Assembly (NCBI GenBank): GCA_018714685.1
Contig: DVNC01000021.1
Coordinates: 76,758-140,757, forward strand
From: Candidatus Scatocola faecipullorum
GTDB taxonomy: Bacteria > Pseudomonadota > Alphaproteobacteria > RF32 > CAG-239
DNA length: 64,000 nt
Direction of reading: 5' to 3'
In this document: positions 38,011 through 46,358 of the stretch, piece after piece
Layout: each line of letters begins with the position of its first letter
How positions within the stretch are numbered: position 1 is the stretch's first letter
Made by a program: the position numbers and the translations under genes
Notes under the pieces: model-generated
The model's input: the letters and a program-made list of their open reading frames with translations, nothing else
Told to the model about the DNA's origin: nothing
The model's database searches: none

Positions 38011-38487
38011 ATGCGTCTGGCGTTGTTTCAACCTGACATTCCGCAAAATACCGGCACATTATTGCGTCTTGGAGCATGTTTGGACATTGAGCTTGATATC
38101 ATAGAGCCGTGCGGGTTTATTTTCTCCGAGAGGACCTTAAAACGGGCGGGAATGGATTATCTGGACATGGTGAGATACCGTCGTCACCATTCCTGGGAGC
38201 ATTTTTTGCAATATCGGGCCGAGCATCCGGAAGAATACGGACGAATCGTGCTTTTGACAACACATGCCAGCGAGCCTTATTATAATTTTGAATTTCGGCC
38301 GAACGATATTATCCTGATGGGACGCGAATCGGCCGGCGTGCCGGAGGAAGTACATCAAACCGCCGATGCCCGCCTGCTGATTCCGATGAATCACAATGCA
38401 CGGTCAATCAATGTGGCCGTGTCGGCGGTGATGGTGGTGGGGGAGTGTCTTCGCCAAGTAAACGGTTTTCCTGCTATGGAGGATTAA
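38011..38487 (+). CDS. trmL: tRNA (cytidine/uridine-2'-O)-methyltransferase TrmL (SpoU/TrmH family)
   Basis: MRLALFQPDIPQNTGTLLRLGAC...LLMGRESAGVP...IPM...RSINVAVSA are the SPOUT knot motifs. GGAGAGGAG RBS. Confidence 0.9.
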   Translation: MRLALFQPDIPQNTGTLLRLGACLDIELDIIEPCGFIFSERTLKRAGMDYLDMVRYRRHHSWEHFLQYRAEHPEEYGRIVLLTTHASEPYYNFEFRPNDIILMGRESAGVPEEVHQTADARLLIPMNHNARSINVAVSAVMVVGECLRQVNGFPAMED

Positions 38488-38576
38488 TACAGATTTTGCG
38501 AGTGGGGAAATGCTCGTGTACTAAGGTGTACACTCCGCTTTCTCCTCTCTAAAATCTTATTACTCCTCTCATATAA
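38479..38576. repeat. GTAC-centred palindromic element, copy G (overlaps the trmL 3' end)
   Basis: ggaggattaatacagattttgcgagtggggaaatgctcgtGTACtaagGTGTACactccgctttctcctctctaaaatcttattactcctctcatataa. Confidence 0.8.
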
Positions 38577-38690
38577 GTCTCTGCGGGTAGCTGATACTGC
38601 TTTTTTTTGATTGATTCTTTGTACCGGTATGATATGACAAAACAAAATCAAGTTATTTTGTTTTTATTATCAACTAAAAAACTAATTTTT

Positions 38691-39476
38691 ATGAAACAGT
38701 ATTTAGATTTGCTGTCGGATATCATGGAGCATGGTATCGATAAAAGTGACCGTACCGGTACAGGAACCCGTTCGGTTTTCGGCCGCCAGCTGCGATTTGA
38801 CTTAACCAAAGGTTTTCCTTTGCTGACGACCAAAAAGCTTTATACCCGGGCGATTATTCATGAGTTGTTATGGTTTATCAAAGGGGATACGAATATTAAG
38901 TATCTGCATGACAATAACGTGACCATCTGGGATGAATGGGCAGATGAAAACGGAGATCTCGGTCCGGTTTACGGTGCACAATGGCGGAATTGGAACGGTG
39001 AGGGAATCGATCAGCTGAAAGACCTGGTTAATCAGCTGAAGCATAATCCTGACAGCCGCCGTATGATTGTGACGGCGTGGAATCCGTCTCAGCTCGGGCA
39101 GATGCAGCTGCCGCCCTGTCATATGATGTATCAGTGTTATGTTGCCGAGGGCCGGTTGTCGCTGATGTTATATCAGCGCAGCTGTGACAGTTTTCTCGGG
39201 GTGCCCTTTAATATTGCATCTTATGCTTTGTTGACAATGATGCTGGCACAGGTATGCGGGTTGGAAGCTTATGAATTTATTCATACTTTCGGCGATACGC
39301 ATATTTATTCCAATCACTTTGAGCAGGTTAAGGAGCAGTTAAGCCGGACTCCGCGCCCGCTTCCGACGATGACCCTTAATTCCGAAGTCAGAAATCTGGA
39401 AGATTTTGTGTATGAAGATTTTCGTTTGGATGGATACGATCCCTGGCCGACGATTAAGGCGCCGGTTGCGGTTTAA
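38691..39476 (+). CDS. thyA: Thymidylate synthase (ThyA type)
   Basis: [19 protein letters not shown]...LPPCH..YQ..V...[21 protein letters not shown] is the ThyA signature. Confidence 0.97.
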   Translation: MKQYLDLLSDIMEHGIDKSDRTGTGTRSVFGRQLRFDLTKGFPLLTTKKLYTRAIIHELLWFIKGDTNIKYLHDNNVTIWDEWADENGDLGPVYGAQWRNWNGEGIDQLKDLVNQLKHNPDSRRMIVTAWNPSQLGQMQLPPCHMMYQCYVAEGRLSLMLYQRSCDSFLGVPFNIASYALLTMMLAQVCGLEAYEFIHTFGDTHIYSNHFEQVKEQLSRTPRPLPTMTLNSEVRNLEDFVYEDFRLDGYDPWPTIKAPVAV

Positions 39477-39509
39477 CGTTTGTATAGCGGCTCTTTTGAA
39501 CCGAAGGAT

Positions 39510-39551
39510 AAAAGCCTCTCTGAATTTGTTTCGGGAGGCTTTTCTTTATTT
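39510..39551 (+). terminator. Rho-independent terminator after thyA
   Basis: aaaagcctctc-N12-gggaggctttt followed by a T-rich tail. Confidence 0.6.
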
Positions 39552-39671
39552 GACAAAAATTTTTGATTTTTAGACTAGCAATGACCTCAAAAATGTGGTA
39601 TAGTCCCTCCCGTAGTCAGAACGATATATTCACAATCAATCAGCTTCAAATAAACAGAACAGGACAGATAA

Positions 39672-40178
39672 ATGAATAAAAAAACTTCATCTGCTATTGC
39701 ATTCAACTCCGGTGATTATGTTGTTTATCCGGCACACGGCGTCGGTAAAGTTGCCGATATTTCCAAACAGAAAATTGCCGGTTCGGAGTTGGAATTGATC
39801 GTTGTTAATTTTGCCAAAGACAAAATGACTTTGCGTATTCCGATGGCCAAAGCCGAGAATGTCGGATTACGCAAAATCTCTGAAGCTTCGACCATGAATG
39901 ACGCCTTAAACGTTTTGAAAGGCAAGGCCAAAGTTAAAAAGATTATGTGGTCACGCCGCGCCCAGGAATACGAGAACAAAATCAATTCCGGCAATCCGGT
40001 TGCCATTGCGGAGGTTGTCCGCGATTTGTACCGCAATGAAAATCTGGCCGAACAATCTTACAGCGAACGTCAAATCTATGAGCAGGCGCTTGACCGCTTG
40101 GCCAACGAAGTTGCCGTTTGCGACAATATTACTTCGGAAGAGGCTACTAAAAAGTTGCTTTCCATCCTCGCAAAATAA
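39672..40178 (+). CDS. carD: CarD-family transcriptional regulator
   Basis: FNSGDYVVYPAHGVGKVADI...MTLRIPM is the CarD/TRCF RNAP-interacting domain. 168 aa. Confidence 0.9.
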   Translation: MNKKTSSAIAFNSGDYVVYPAHGVGKVADISKQKIAGSELELIVVNFAKDKMTLRIPMAKAENVGLRKISEASTMNDALNVLKGKAKVKKIMWSRRAQEYENKINSGNPVAIAEVVRDLYRNENLAEQSYSERQIYEQALDRLANEVAVCDNITSEEATKKLLSILAK

Positions 40179-40188
40179 TTTGTATAAA

Positions 40189-40280
40189 GGGTAACTAATA
40201 CAGAAATATCAGGGCGGAAGTGTCCTCACGTACTAAAGTGTATGCTCCGGTACTTCCACCTTTATTTCTTATTATTTACC
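40189..40280. repeat. GTAC-centred palindromic element, copy H (after carD)
   Basis: Outer arms ggtaactaatacagaaata / tatttcttattatttacc, inner arms ggcggaagt / acttccacc, centre acGTACtaaaGTGTATg. Confidence 0.7.
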
Positions 40281-40319
40281 TCATTCTCCAAATTATTTTT
40301 AGAAGAAATATATAAAAAA

Positions 40320-40347
40320 GAGTCCCTAAATCGGGACTCTTTTTTTT
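40320..40347 (+). terminator. Rho-independent terminator
   Basis: gagtccc-taaatc-gggactc followed by T8. Confidence 0.75.
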
Positions 40348-40494
40348 GCGACTCCGATTAAGAAAAGACTCAAATTGCAAGAAAAATTTTGCTCCTCAAA
40401 ATAGGTGGGGATAATGCTGTGAACAAGTAAAGACTCAGTTTGCGAATCAGTGTCGGCTTATTTATTAATAAATTATTAATTAATTGCAAACGGG

Positions 40495-40914
40495 ATGAAG
40501 ATGATGTTTGAAGAGAATGAGCCGGTTGTTGCTTCCAGCGATGATATCGTAATTACGGCCTGTCCGACTTTGGTCGAGGAAAACAGAGCGACGCAGGAGT
40601 TTCTGTGGGGTTATTATTTCTGTATTGAAAACAATTCTTCCGAGCGTATTCAGCTGGTGGGCAAAAGCTGGAACATTACCGATGACAAAGGCAACCGTTT
40701 TTGTGATGATTCGGCCGGTTTCAAAGGCGAGATTCCCGAGCTGGAGCCCGGCGAAAGTTTTGAGTTCACCAGTCTGGCGCCGCTGACATCGCCGCATGCG
40801 GTTTTTTACGGCAGCTGCCGAATCCGCAAAGAAGGCCGAACCGAATCCAAAGACATTAAGATTCCGACATTTACGATGTCGGTACCTCTACGGCAGTCGG
40901 CTTGTTTGAATTAG
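40495..40914 (+). CDS. apaG: ApaG (DUF525) protein
   Basis: YYFCIENNSSERIQLVGKSWNITDDKGN...GFKGEIPELEPGESFEFTS is the ApaG pattern. Three alternative Met starts lie within 9 nt. Confidence 0.85.
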   Translation: MKMMFEENEPVVASSDDIVITACPTLVEENRATQEFLWGYYFCIENNSSERIQLVGKSWNITDDKGNRFCDDSAGFKGEIPELEPGESFEFTSLAPLTSPHAVFYGSCRIRKEGRTESKDIKIPTFTMSVPLRQSACLN

Positions 40915-40917
40915 AAA

Positions 40918-40947
40918 AAGGCTCCGTTTTCGGAGCCTTTGTTTTTT
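40918..40947. terminator. Bidirectional rho-independent terminator
   Basis: aaggctccg-tttt-cggagcctt with A-rich and T-rich flanks, between convergent genes. Confidence 0.8.
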
Positions 40948-41575
40948 AATATTCCTGAATATAGTTACTGTCTTGAACGTACATGTTCAGATATTGATGA
41001 ATGTTGCGTTCCATGCGAAGGTTGAATTCATCAAACAGTTTGGTCACCATGCCGTTCCAATATTTTTCCTTTTCGGCAATATCGGTGTCGGCGGGAATAA
41101 TCAGTTCGCGCCAGGCCTGGATTTCGGTTTCGGCGTTGGATAGTTTCTGCGGGTCGCTGATGCGGATGACAACATTCAGCGTTGCACGGTATTTCATGCG
41201 GTCTCTTTCAAAAACCTTATCGGTGGTTTCCAGCTCTTCGGTTACGCTGGCATCTTTGATGATGAACTGGGCAACTTTGTCGGAAGAGAAGTCAACCGCT
41301 TCCAGCCTGTCGCGAGCCCAGGTCTTAGCAGTCTTTTCGATTGAAATGGGGAACAGGTGTTCAACGTTCGGCCGGCGGAAAGACGGCGTAAATTCGGAGA
41401 TAACGTCAACTTTGCTGACTTTGAGCTTAATCGGTTTCTGATCTTCAAAACGCAGTTCGGTGTAGCGGGCCGGCTCGTCGCCTTCATAGCTGCCGAAAAT
41501 CGCGGAGCAGCCGCCGGTCAGGCCGATTAACAGGACTGTAAATAAAATTTTTCGGATTGAGAACATAGCTTTCAT
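40946..41575 (-). CDS. Putative lipoprotein
   Basis: Lipobox LIGLTGGCS. 209 aa. I recognise no family. Confidence 0.6.
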   Translation of the reverse strand: MKAMFSIRKILFTVLLIGLTGGCSAIFGSYEGDEPARYTELRFEDQKPIKLKVSKVDVISEFTPSFRRPNVEHLFPISIEKTAKTWARDRLEAVDFSSDKVAQFIIKDASVTEELETTDKVFERDRMKYRATLNVVIRISDPQKLSNAETEIQAWRELIIPADTDIAEKEKYWNGMVTKLFDEFNLRMERNIHQYLNMYVQDSNYIQEY

Positions 41576-41649
41576 CTCTCTGCAGTTATTCTTTTGCCCT
41601 AATATATCGCCGGAAGTTTAAGATTTGCTTAATGGACTCGCCGCCGCGA

Positions 41650-41683
41650 AGAAAAGAAAAAGGCAGGAAATTCTGTCCTGCCC
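41650..41683 (-). terminator. Rho-independent terminator of the small Met/His-rich gene
   Basis: ggcagga-N7-tcctgcc, with an A-run on the + strand (a T-run on the - strand) at 41650-41661. Confidence 0.55.
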
Positions 41684-41701
41684 GGAGAAAGAAAAAGTTT
41701 T

Positions 41702-41995
41702 TCAGTTGTTCATCATTTTTTGATGGTCGTCCATAATCCGGCGGTGTTCATCCATAATTTTTTTCTGGTTGTCCTGCAGGTTTCGGATGTCACTTTTCAT
41801 GGTTTTGTGTTCGTCCATGATTTGGGCGTGCTGATCCCTGATTTGTTTGATTTCTTTTTGCATATTGTCATGCTGTTGCTGCATTTCGGCAGACATGGCC
41901 GGCATGGCTGACGGGTTCTGCGCATTGGCGGTTCCCGAATCGCAGCCCATGAGGGCAAAAGCCGAAACGGCTAAGACGGCAAAGGTTTTGTTCAT
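41702..41995 (-). CDS. Small Met/His/Asp-rich coiled-coil lipoprotein
   Basis: Lipobox FALMGCDSG. The mature part is dominated by M, H, D and Q, with IMDEH / IMDDH repeated three times. Confidence 0.55.
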   Translation of the reverse strand: MNKTFAVLAVSAFALMGCDSGTANAQNPSAMPAMSAEMQQQHDNMQKEIKQIRDQHAQIMDEHKTMKSDIRNLQDNQKKIMDEHRRIMDDHQKMMNN

Positions 41996-42089
41996 TCCGA
42001 TTCTCCTTAATTTTTTGATTACGGGAATGATGTAATCGCTGCCGCCTTAATATCAAGTCTGCTTAAACTTTTGTTATAGCCGCGGGCTT

Positions 42090-43013
42090 TTAATGGGAGA
42101 GAAGCTCTCCTTTGTCGAAGCTGTAAACTTCGCCGCAGAAATGACAGGTGGCGGTAATCTTGTTATTTTCGCACATGTCTTCAATATCTTTGTCTGCCAT
42201 GGCGTGCAGTGTGTTAAACAGCTTGTCGCGGCTGCAGCGGCAGCCGAAATGATATTCTTTGGTTTTGGTAATTTCCAGCTTGTTGGCATGAAACAGACGG
42301 GTAAGAATTTCTTCGGCGGAAAGTTTCTCGTCAAAAACTTCTTCGGCTTTCAGGCTTTGGGCGAAAATGACGGCTTCGTTCCAGGCTTCGTTTAAAGCTT
42401 CGGTATCGTCAGAGATTTTGCCGCCGTTGTCAGGCAGTTTTTGCAACAGAATGCCGGCCGCTTTCCAGCTTTCGCCGTCTTTGTCGGGCGCCTGAAGAAA
42501 AAGCTGCAGATAGGTTTCAATTTGTTCCGATTGTTTGAAATAGCGCAAAGCGCATTCGCTTAAGTTTTTGCCCTGCAAATCGACAATGCCCTGATAAAGA
42601 TCGGTTTCCGGCCCTTGGTCAACGGTGAAGGCCAGATGTCCGTTACCCATGTAGTGCGGCGCAGCAAGCAGTTCGTCGGTGTCGCTTTTCCTTAATTCCA
42701 GCGCTTTATCAAGCATCTCCTGGTTAACGTTGGCGCAAGCGCGTATTCTGCCCTCGGAAGTGACGTCAACCACCACCATGGTTACCGGTCCGCTGCTTTG
42801 GGTTTGCAGCGTGAACAGGCCGTTATATTTAATGGTGCTGGAAAGCAGGGCGCCGAGGGCGGTACTTTCGGCAACGACGGCCGAAACCTGACGGGGATAT
42901 TGGTGGCGGCCGAGAATGGTGTTGACGACCTTGTCCAAACGGACCAGACGTCCCATGAAAGCGCCGTTGTCAATATGAAAAGATGTGCAATTGTCAAAAT
43001 TATTGTTAACCAC
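42090..43013 (-). CDS. hslO: Hsp33 redox-regulated chaperone
   Basis: C-terminal zinc centre CRCS...CHFCGEVYSF (CxC...CxxC). 307 aa. Confidence 0.92.
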   Translation of the reverse strand: MVNNNFDNCTSFHIDNGAFMGRLVRLDKVVNTILGRHQYPRQVSAVVAESTALGALLSSTIKYNGLFTLQTQSSGPVTMVVVDVTSEGRIRACANVNQEMLDKALELRKSDTDELLAAPHYMGNGHLAFTVDQGPETDLYQGIVDLQGKNLSECALRYFKQSEQIETYLQLFLQAPDKDGESWKAAGILLQKLPDNGGKISDDTEALNEAWNEAVIFAQSLKAEEVFDEKLSAEEILTRLFHANKLEITKTKEYHFGCRCSRDKLFNTLHAMADKDIEDMCENNKITATCHFCGEVYSFDKGELLSH

Positions 43014-43073
43014 CGGATTGTTCCTTTATATACTGAATTAAACTAAGCAATATGTAGTTTCTTTCGGGAGATT

Positions 43074-43646
43074 TTGCAAGTGGTAGAAGACGAAGCCAAA
43101 AAAATTCAGCGCCGTCCGGCTAAAAAAGTGACCAAGACAAGGTTAAAAAACATAGGCCTTTATTACTTGGAGCGCTTTGAATCATCGGTTGACAATCTGC
43201 GGCAGGTGCTGACCAAGCGGGTGAATGACTATGCTTTTCAGAATCCCGGTTATGACAAGAGCGAAGCCTTGGGGTGGATTGAAGAACTGCTGGCTGATTT
43301 TGAACGTTACGGATATCTGAATGACAGCCGCTATGCCGAACTGAAAATTCGCGATTATCTGGCAGCCGGAAAGTCTGCCCGCTATATTAAAGGGAAACTG
43401 TTGCAGAAAGGCATTGGGGAAGACGAGGCGGAACGTTTGCTTGCCGAGCAGGATTATAACCCGGAAGAACTGGCGCTGAGGCTGGCAAAGAAGAAAAAAA
43501 TCGGTCCTTTTCGGGCAGATGAAGAAACCCGGCGTGAGAATCGCCGTAAGGATTTGGCCGTTTTGGTGCGTGCGGGTTTTGATTATGCGGTGGCGCAAAA
43601 AGTTCTGGGAAGCGATTATTCGGAAGAAGAATATTATGGAGACTGA
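43074..43646 (+). CDS. recX: RecA regulator RecX
   Basis: Three-helix repeats with YLNDSRYAE and LLQKGI. The start is TTG at 43074 or GTG at 43080 (GGGAG upstream). Confidence 0.85.
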   Translation: MQVVEDEAKKIQRRPAKKVTKTRLKNIGLYYLERFESSVDNLRQVLTKRVNDYAFQNPGYDKSEALGWIEELLADFERYGYLNDSRYAELKIRDYLAAGKSARYIKGKLLQKGIGEDEAERLLAEQDYNPEELALRLAKKKKIGPFRADEETRRENRRKDLAVLVRAGFDYAVAQKVLGSDYSEEEYYGD

Positions 43647-43670
43647 TTGTTAACCAGTCTCCGTTGGCGG

Positions 43671-43910
43671 TTAGTCAATCCATTCGATTTTTAATTTTTT
43701 ATCCAGGCAGGACGCAATATAATTGCACTGGGCAAGGTCGGGATTGGCTCGTCCTTCTTCGATGGCATTGATGAAAGACGAGGGAATATCGGTCATGCTT
43801 TCCCAAAGGTGCAATTCCAAACCTTGTTTCTGTCGCTGCTGTCGGCAGGCATCGCCAAATTCTCGGCGGAGTTGTTTGAGATTTCTTAAACGTTGATTTT
43901 TTTCTATCAT
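43671..43910 (-). CDS. Small XRE-like helix-turn-helix protein
   Basis: 79 aa. SMTDIPSSFINAIEEGRANPDLAQCNYIASCL resembles the second half of a Cro/C1 HTH. No partner gene is present. Confidence 0.45.
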   Translation of the reverse strand: MIEKNQRLRNLKQLRREFGDACRQQRQKQGLELHLWESMTDIPSSFINAIEEGRANPDLAQCNYIASCLDKKLKIEWID

Positions 43911-43931
43911 AATTAAGCTCCTGTTCGTTTG

Positions 43932-43964
43932 TTAAAACAAAACCGCCTTAAAGAAATAAGGCGG
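43932..43964 (-). terminator. Rho-independent terminator on the minus strand, about 170 nt downstream of truA
   Basis: Perfect stem ccgcctta / taaggcgg with aaaacaaaa on the + strand (ttttgtttt on the - strand). Confidence 0.6.
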
Positions 43965-44136
43965 AGGAGCTCAAAAACTGTCGAATTACAGTCGGTCTTA
44001 TTCGTCCGCGAGGGCTTAGTTCAACCACTCCTCCAAAGAGGATTGCTTTAAATTCGAGATGTTTTTGAGACACCACAGCCGTTCTGGCAGCTGCAGGGTT
44101 ATGATAGCGGTTTCAGGTTAAAAAGCAATTAAAATG

Positions 44137-45108
44137 TTAATAAACGACTTTGGTTAAGTATAATCCGCAGGCAGGGGCGTTGACCCCGGCGGCGGCACGG
44201 TTCTTCGCCTCTAATATCCGTTTGACATCTTCGGGGTGCAAATGTCCGTCGCCGACCATCTTCAGCGTGCCAACCATATTACGCACTTGGTGGTGCAGGA
44301 AAGAGCGGGCTTCGACAATGAAATGAATTTCTTCTCCTCTGACCTCAATATCCAGTCTGTCCAGCGTTTTAACCGGGGATTTGGCCTGGCATGCCGCGGC
44401 GCGGAAAGAACTGAAATCATGGTGCCCGATAAGATAACCGGCTCCCTCACGCATTTTTTCAACATCCAAAGGCACCGGAACCCACCAAACCCGGTTTTTT
44501 TCCAATACGGCCGGAGCCCGGCGGTTAAGAATCCGGTAGAGGTAACCGCGTCCTCTGGCGCTGAAACGGGCATGGAAATCATTTCCGACTTTTTCAACCG
44601 CAATAACGCTGACCGGAGCTTCCATTTCGCGCAAACGGGCGTTTATCGCTTCCCGTAACTTCCAATCGACCAAATCTTCTTTTAAGTCGAAATGTGCAAC
44701 CTGAGCTGTGGCATGGACGCCGGCGTCTGTTCTTCCTGCTCCGGAAACAATGATTTTATCGGTCTTCTGCAGGCGTCTTCCGGTGCCCGCGTCCTCACGT
44801 ACGTCTATGTACGCTGCGGTTCTGCGCTCCGTGGAGCCACCAGCATAAGCCTCACTAAAATCATTGTTGAAAAAAGCATCGGTCTTCTGCAGGCGTCTTC
44901 CGGTGCCCGCCTCCTCATACAATTCTTGAATGGGGAAATCCTCTTCTGATTTTTCCTTGTTATTAAGAGAGCAGGTATCCGTGTCGTTGACAGGAGTGAA
45001 GCAGTTCAGGGCTTTTTGCAAATAGTCCTGCACCGAGGGGCCGTCCAGTTGTTCCTGCCAGCCGAGGAGGCTGGTTCCGTCATATTCGATTGTTATTTTG
45101 TAGCGCAT
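44137..45108 (-). CDS. truA: tRNA pseudouridine-38/39/40 synthase TruA carrying an in-frame repeat insertion
   Basis: MRYKITIEYDGTSLLGWQEQ...SVQ and the catalytic GAGRTDAGVHA. 323 aa, versus about 250-270 aa for TruA proteins I know. Confidence 0.9.
   Translation of the reverse strand: MRYKITIEYDGTSLLGWQEQLDGPSVQDYLQKALNCFTPVNDTDTCSLNNKEKSEEDFPIQELYEEAGTGRRLQKTDAFFNNDFSEAYAGGSTERRTAAYIDVREDAGTGRRLQKTDKIIVSGAGRTDAGVHATAQVAHFDLKEDLVDWKLREAINARLREMEAPVSVIAVEKVGNDFHARFSARGRGYLYRILNRRAPAVLEKNRVWWVPVPLDVEKMREGAGYLIGHHDFSSFRAAACQAKSPVKTLDRLDIEVRGEEIHFIVEARSFLHHQVRNMVGTLKMVGDGHLHPEDVKRILEAKNRAAAGVNAPACGLYLTKVVY
44747..44917. repeat. GTAC-centred palindromic element, copy I, plus a duplicated left arm, inside the truA ORF
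   Basis: Terminal inverted repeat acaatgatttta (44747) / taaaatcattgt (44856). Centre cacGTACgtctatGTACgctgcggt. An exact 33-nt repeat occurs at 44758-44790 and 44878-44910. Confidence 0.8.
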
Positions 45109-45179
45109 TTTGTTCCGTATAAATCAATAGGGGCTTTACTGCCCCTATTGATAACTTAATTTCAGAGATTAATCAATAC

Positions 45180-46199
45180 TTACTCGGCGGCGGCAATTGC
45201 AGAATTGCTGCTGTTTTTCAGAAACCCGAGTTTTTCCTGAACCTCCCAGATAACTTTCAGGGCGTTCAAAGCCATTTCGCCGGTAATGCGCGGGGTGGCT
45301 TCACCGCGGATGCAGGCCAGAAAGTGGCCGAGTTCGGCAGACAACGGCTGGTTGGTCGGAATAAACAGCTGTTCAACGCTGCCTTTCAGACCGTAATGCA
45401 TCCATTCGGGGATTTCTTCCTGATTGACATAGGGCATGCGTCCCTGTGAGTGAACGTTGATGCTCTGGTTGATGAAATCCATGTCGATATAGTTGGTGTC
45501 GGTGGTGACCGTCAGGGTGCGGACGCGCGCCTGAGTAATGCGGCTGGCCGTGAGGTTGGCGGTTACGCCGTTTTCAAATTCAACCAGTGCGGTGATGTAG
45601 TTTTTGCCGTCCGGCTGGTCAGGCGTTTTAACCGCAGAAGCCTGAACGTTGGCAACCGGAGATTTAACCAGCGACTGAATAACTTCAATATCGTGAATCA
45701 TCAAATCCATTGAAACGTCAACGTCGGTAATACGGCCGGAAGCGGCAGACATTCTCTGTGCCGTCAGCGAGCGGATGCGGGTGCTGTCGGAGAGGATTTT
45801 GTGCATCTGTTCAACCGCGGGGTTAAACTGTTCGATGTGGCCGACAAGCAAAACAACATTGTTCTTCCGGGCGGCATCAATCAGAATGCGGCATTCTTCT
45901 TCAGAGCAGGCCAACGGTTTTTCCATCAGGCAGTGAATGCCTTTGTTGAGGAAAAAGCTGCCGACGTTGCAGTGGGTGACCGATGTGGTAACCACGCTGA
46001 CGGCGTCAACGCTGGCGGCAACTTCTTCCATAGAAGAAAAAGCTTTGATGCCGAAGGTTTCGGCAGCTGCTTTGGCGGCGTCGGAGAAAATGTCATAAAC
46101 GCCGACCAAATCGACTCCCGGCAGAGATTTGTATGTTTTCAGGTGGTTTTTGCCCATCATACCGGCGCCGATAACAGCAACTTTAATGTTGTTTGACAT
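45180..46199 (-). CDS. Gfo/Idh/MocA-family NAD(P)-dependent oxidoreductase
   Basis: IKVAVIGAGMMGKNHLKTY Rossmann N-terminus, EKPLA motif. 339 aa. Confidence 0.85.
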   Translation of the reverse strand: MSNNIKVAVIGAGMMGKNHLKTYKSLPGVDLVGVYDIFSDAAKAAAETFGIKAFSSMEEVAASVDAVSVVTTSVTHCNVGSFFLNKGIHCLMEKPLACSEEECRILIDAARKNNVVLLVGHIEQFNPAVEQMHKILSDSTRIRSLTAQRMSAASGRITDVDVSMDLMIHDIEVIQSLVKSPVANVQASAVKTPDQPDGKNYITALVEFENGVTANLTASRITQARVRTLTVTTDTNYIDMDFINQSINVHSQGRMPYVNQEEIPEWMHYGLKGSVEQLFIPTNQPLSAELGHFLACIRGEATPRITGEMALNALKVIWEVQEKLGFLKNSSNSAIAAAE

Positions 46200-46358
46200 G
46201 AATTTTACCTCTAAAGTTAAGTTTATGCTGAAATTATTTGGTTTACTAATAGCAAATTTCTTGCTAAAAAGCTCTTAAAAAGATGTTACATATTGTTACA
46301 AAATGCAGCATTTACCCGTAACCCCTGGTTCTGTTAGCTTTTGATAAGGTTTACGCTG

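Noticed and set aside
40362-40490. Imperfect direct repeat aaagactca(a/g)(a/t)ttgc(a/g)a at 40364 and 40428, and the AT palindrome ttaataaattattaa upstream of apaG.
   Set aside because: These are short and degenerate. They could be operator sites but are equally likely to be chance in an AT-rich promoter region. I cannot support them as a feature.
43966-44136. tmRNA, SRP RNA, 6S RNA or tRNA in the truA-downstream gap.
   Set aside because: There is no tRNA-like T-arm/acceptor (GGTTCGAnTCC...CCA), no SRP GGAA/AGCA helix-8 motif and no tag-peptide reading frame. The region is kept only as a low-confidence sRNA/3'-UTR candidate.
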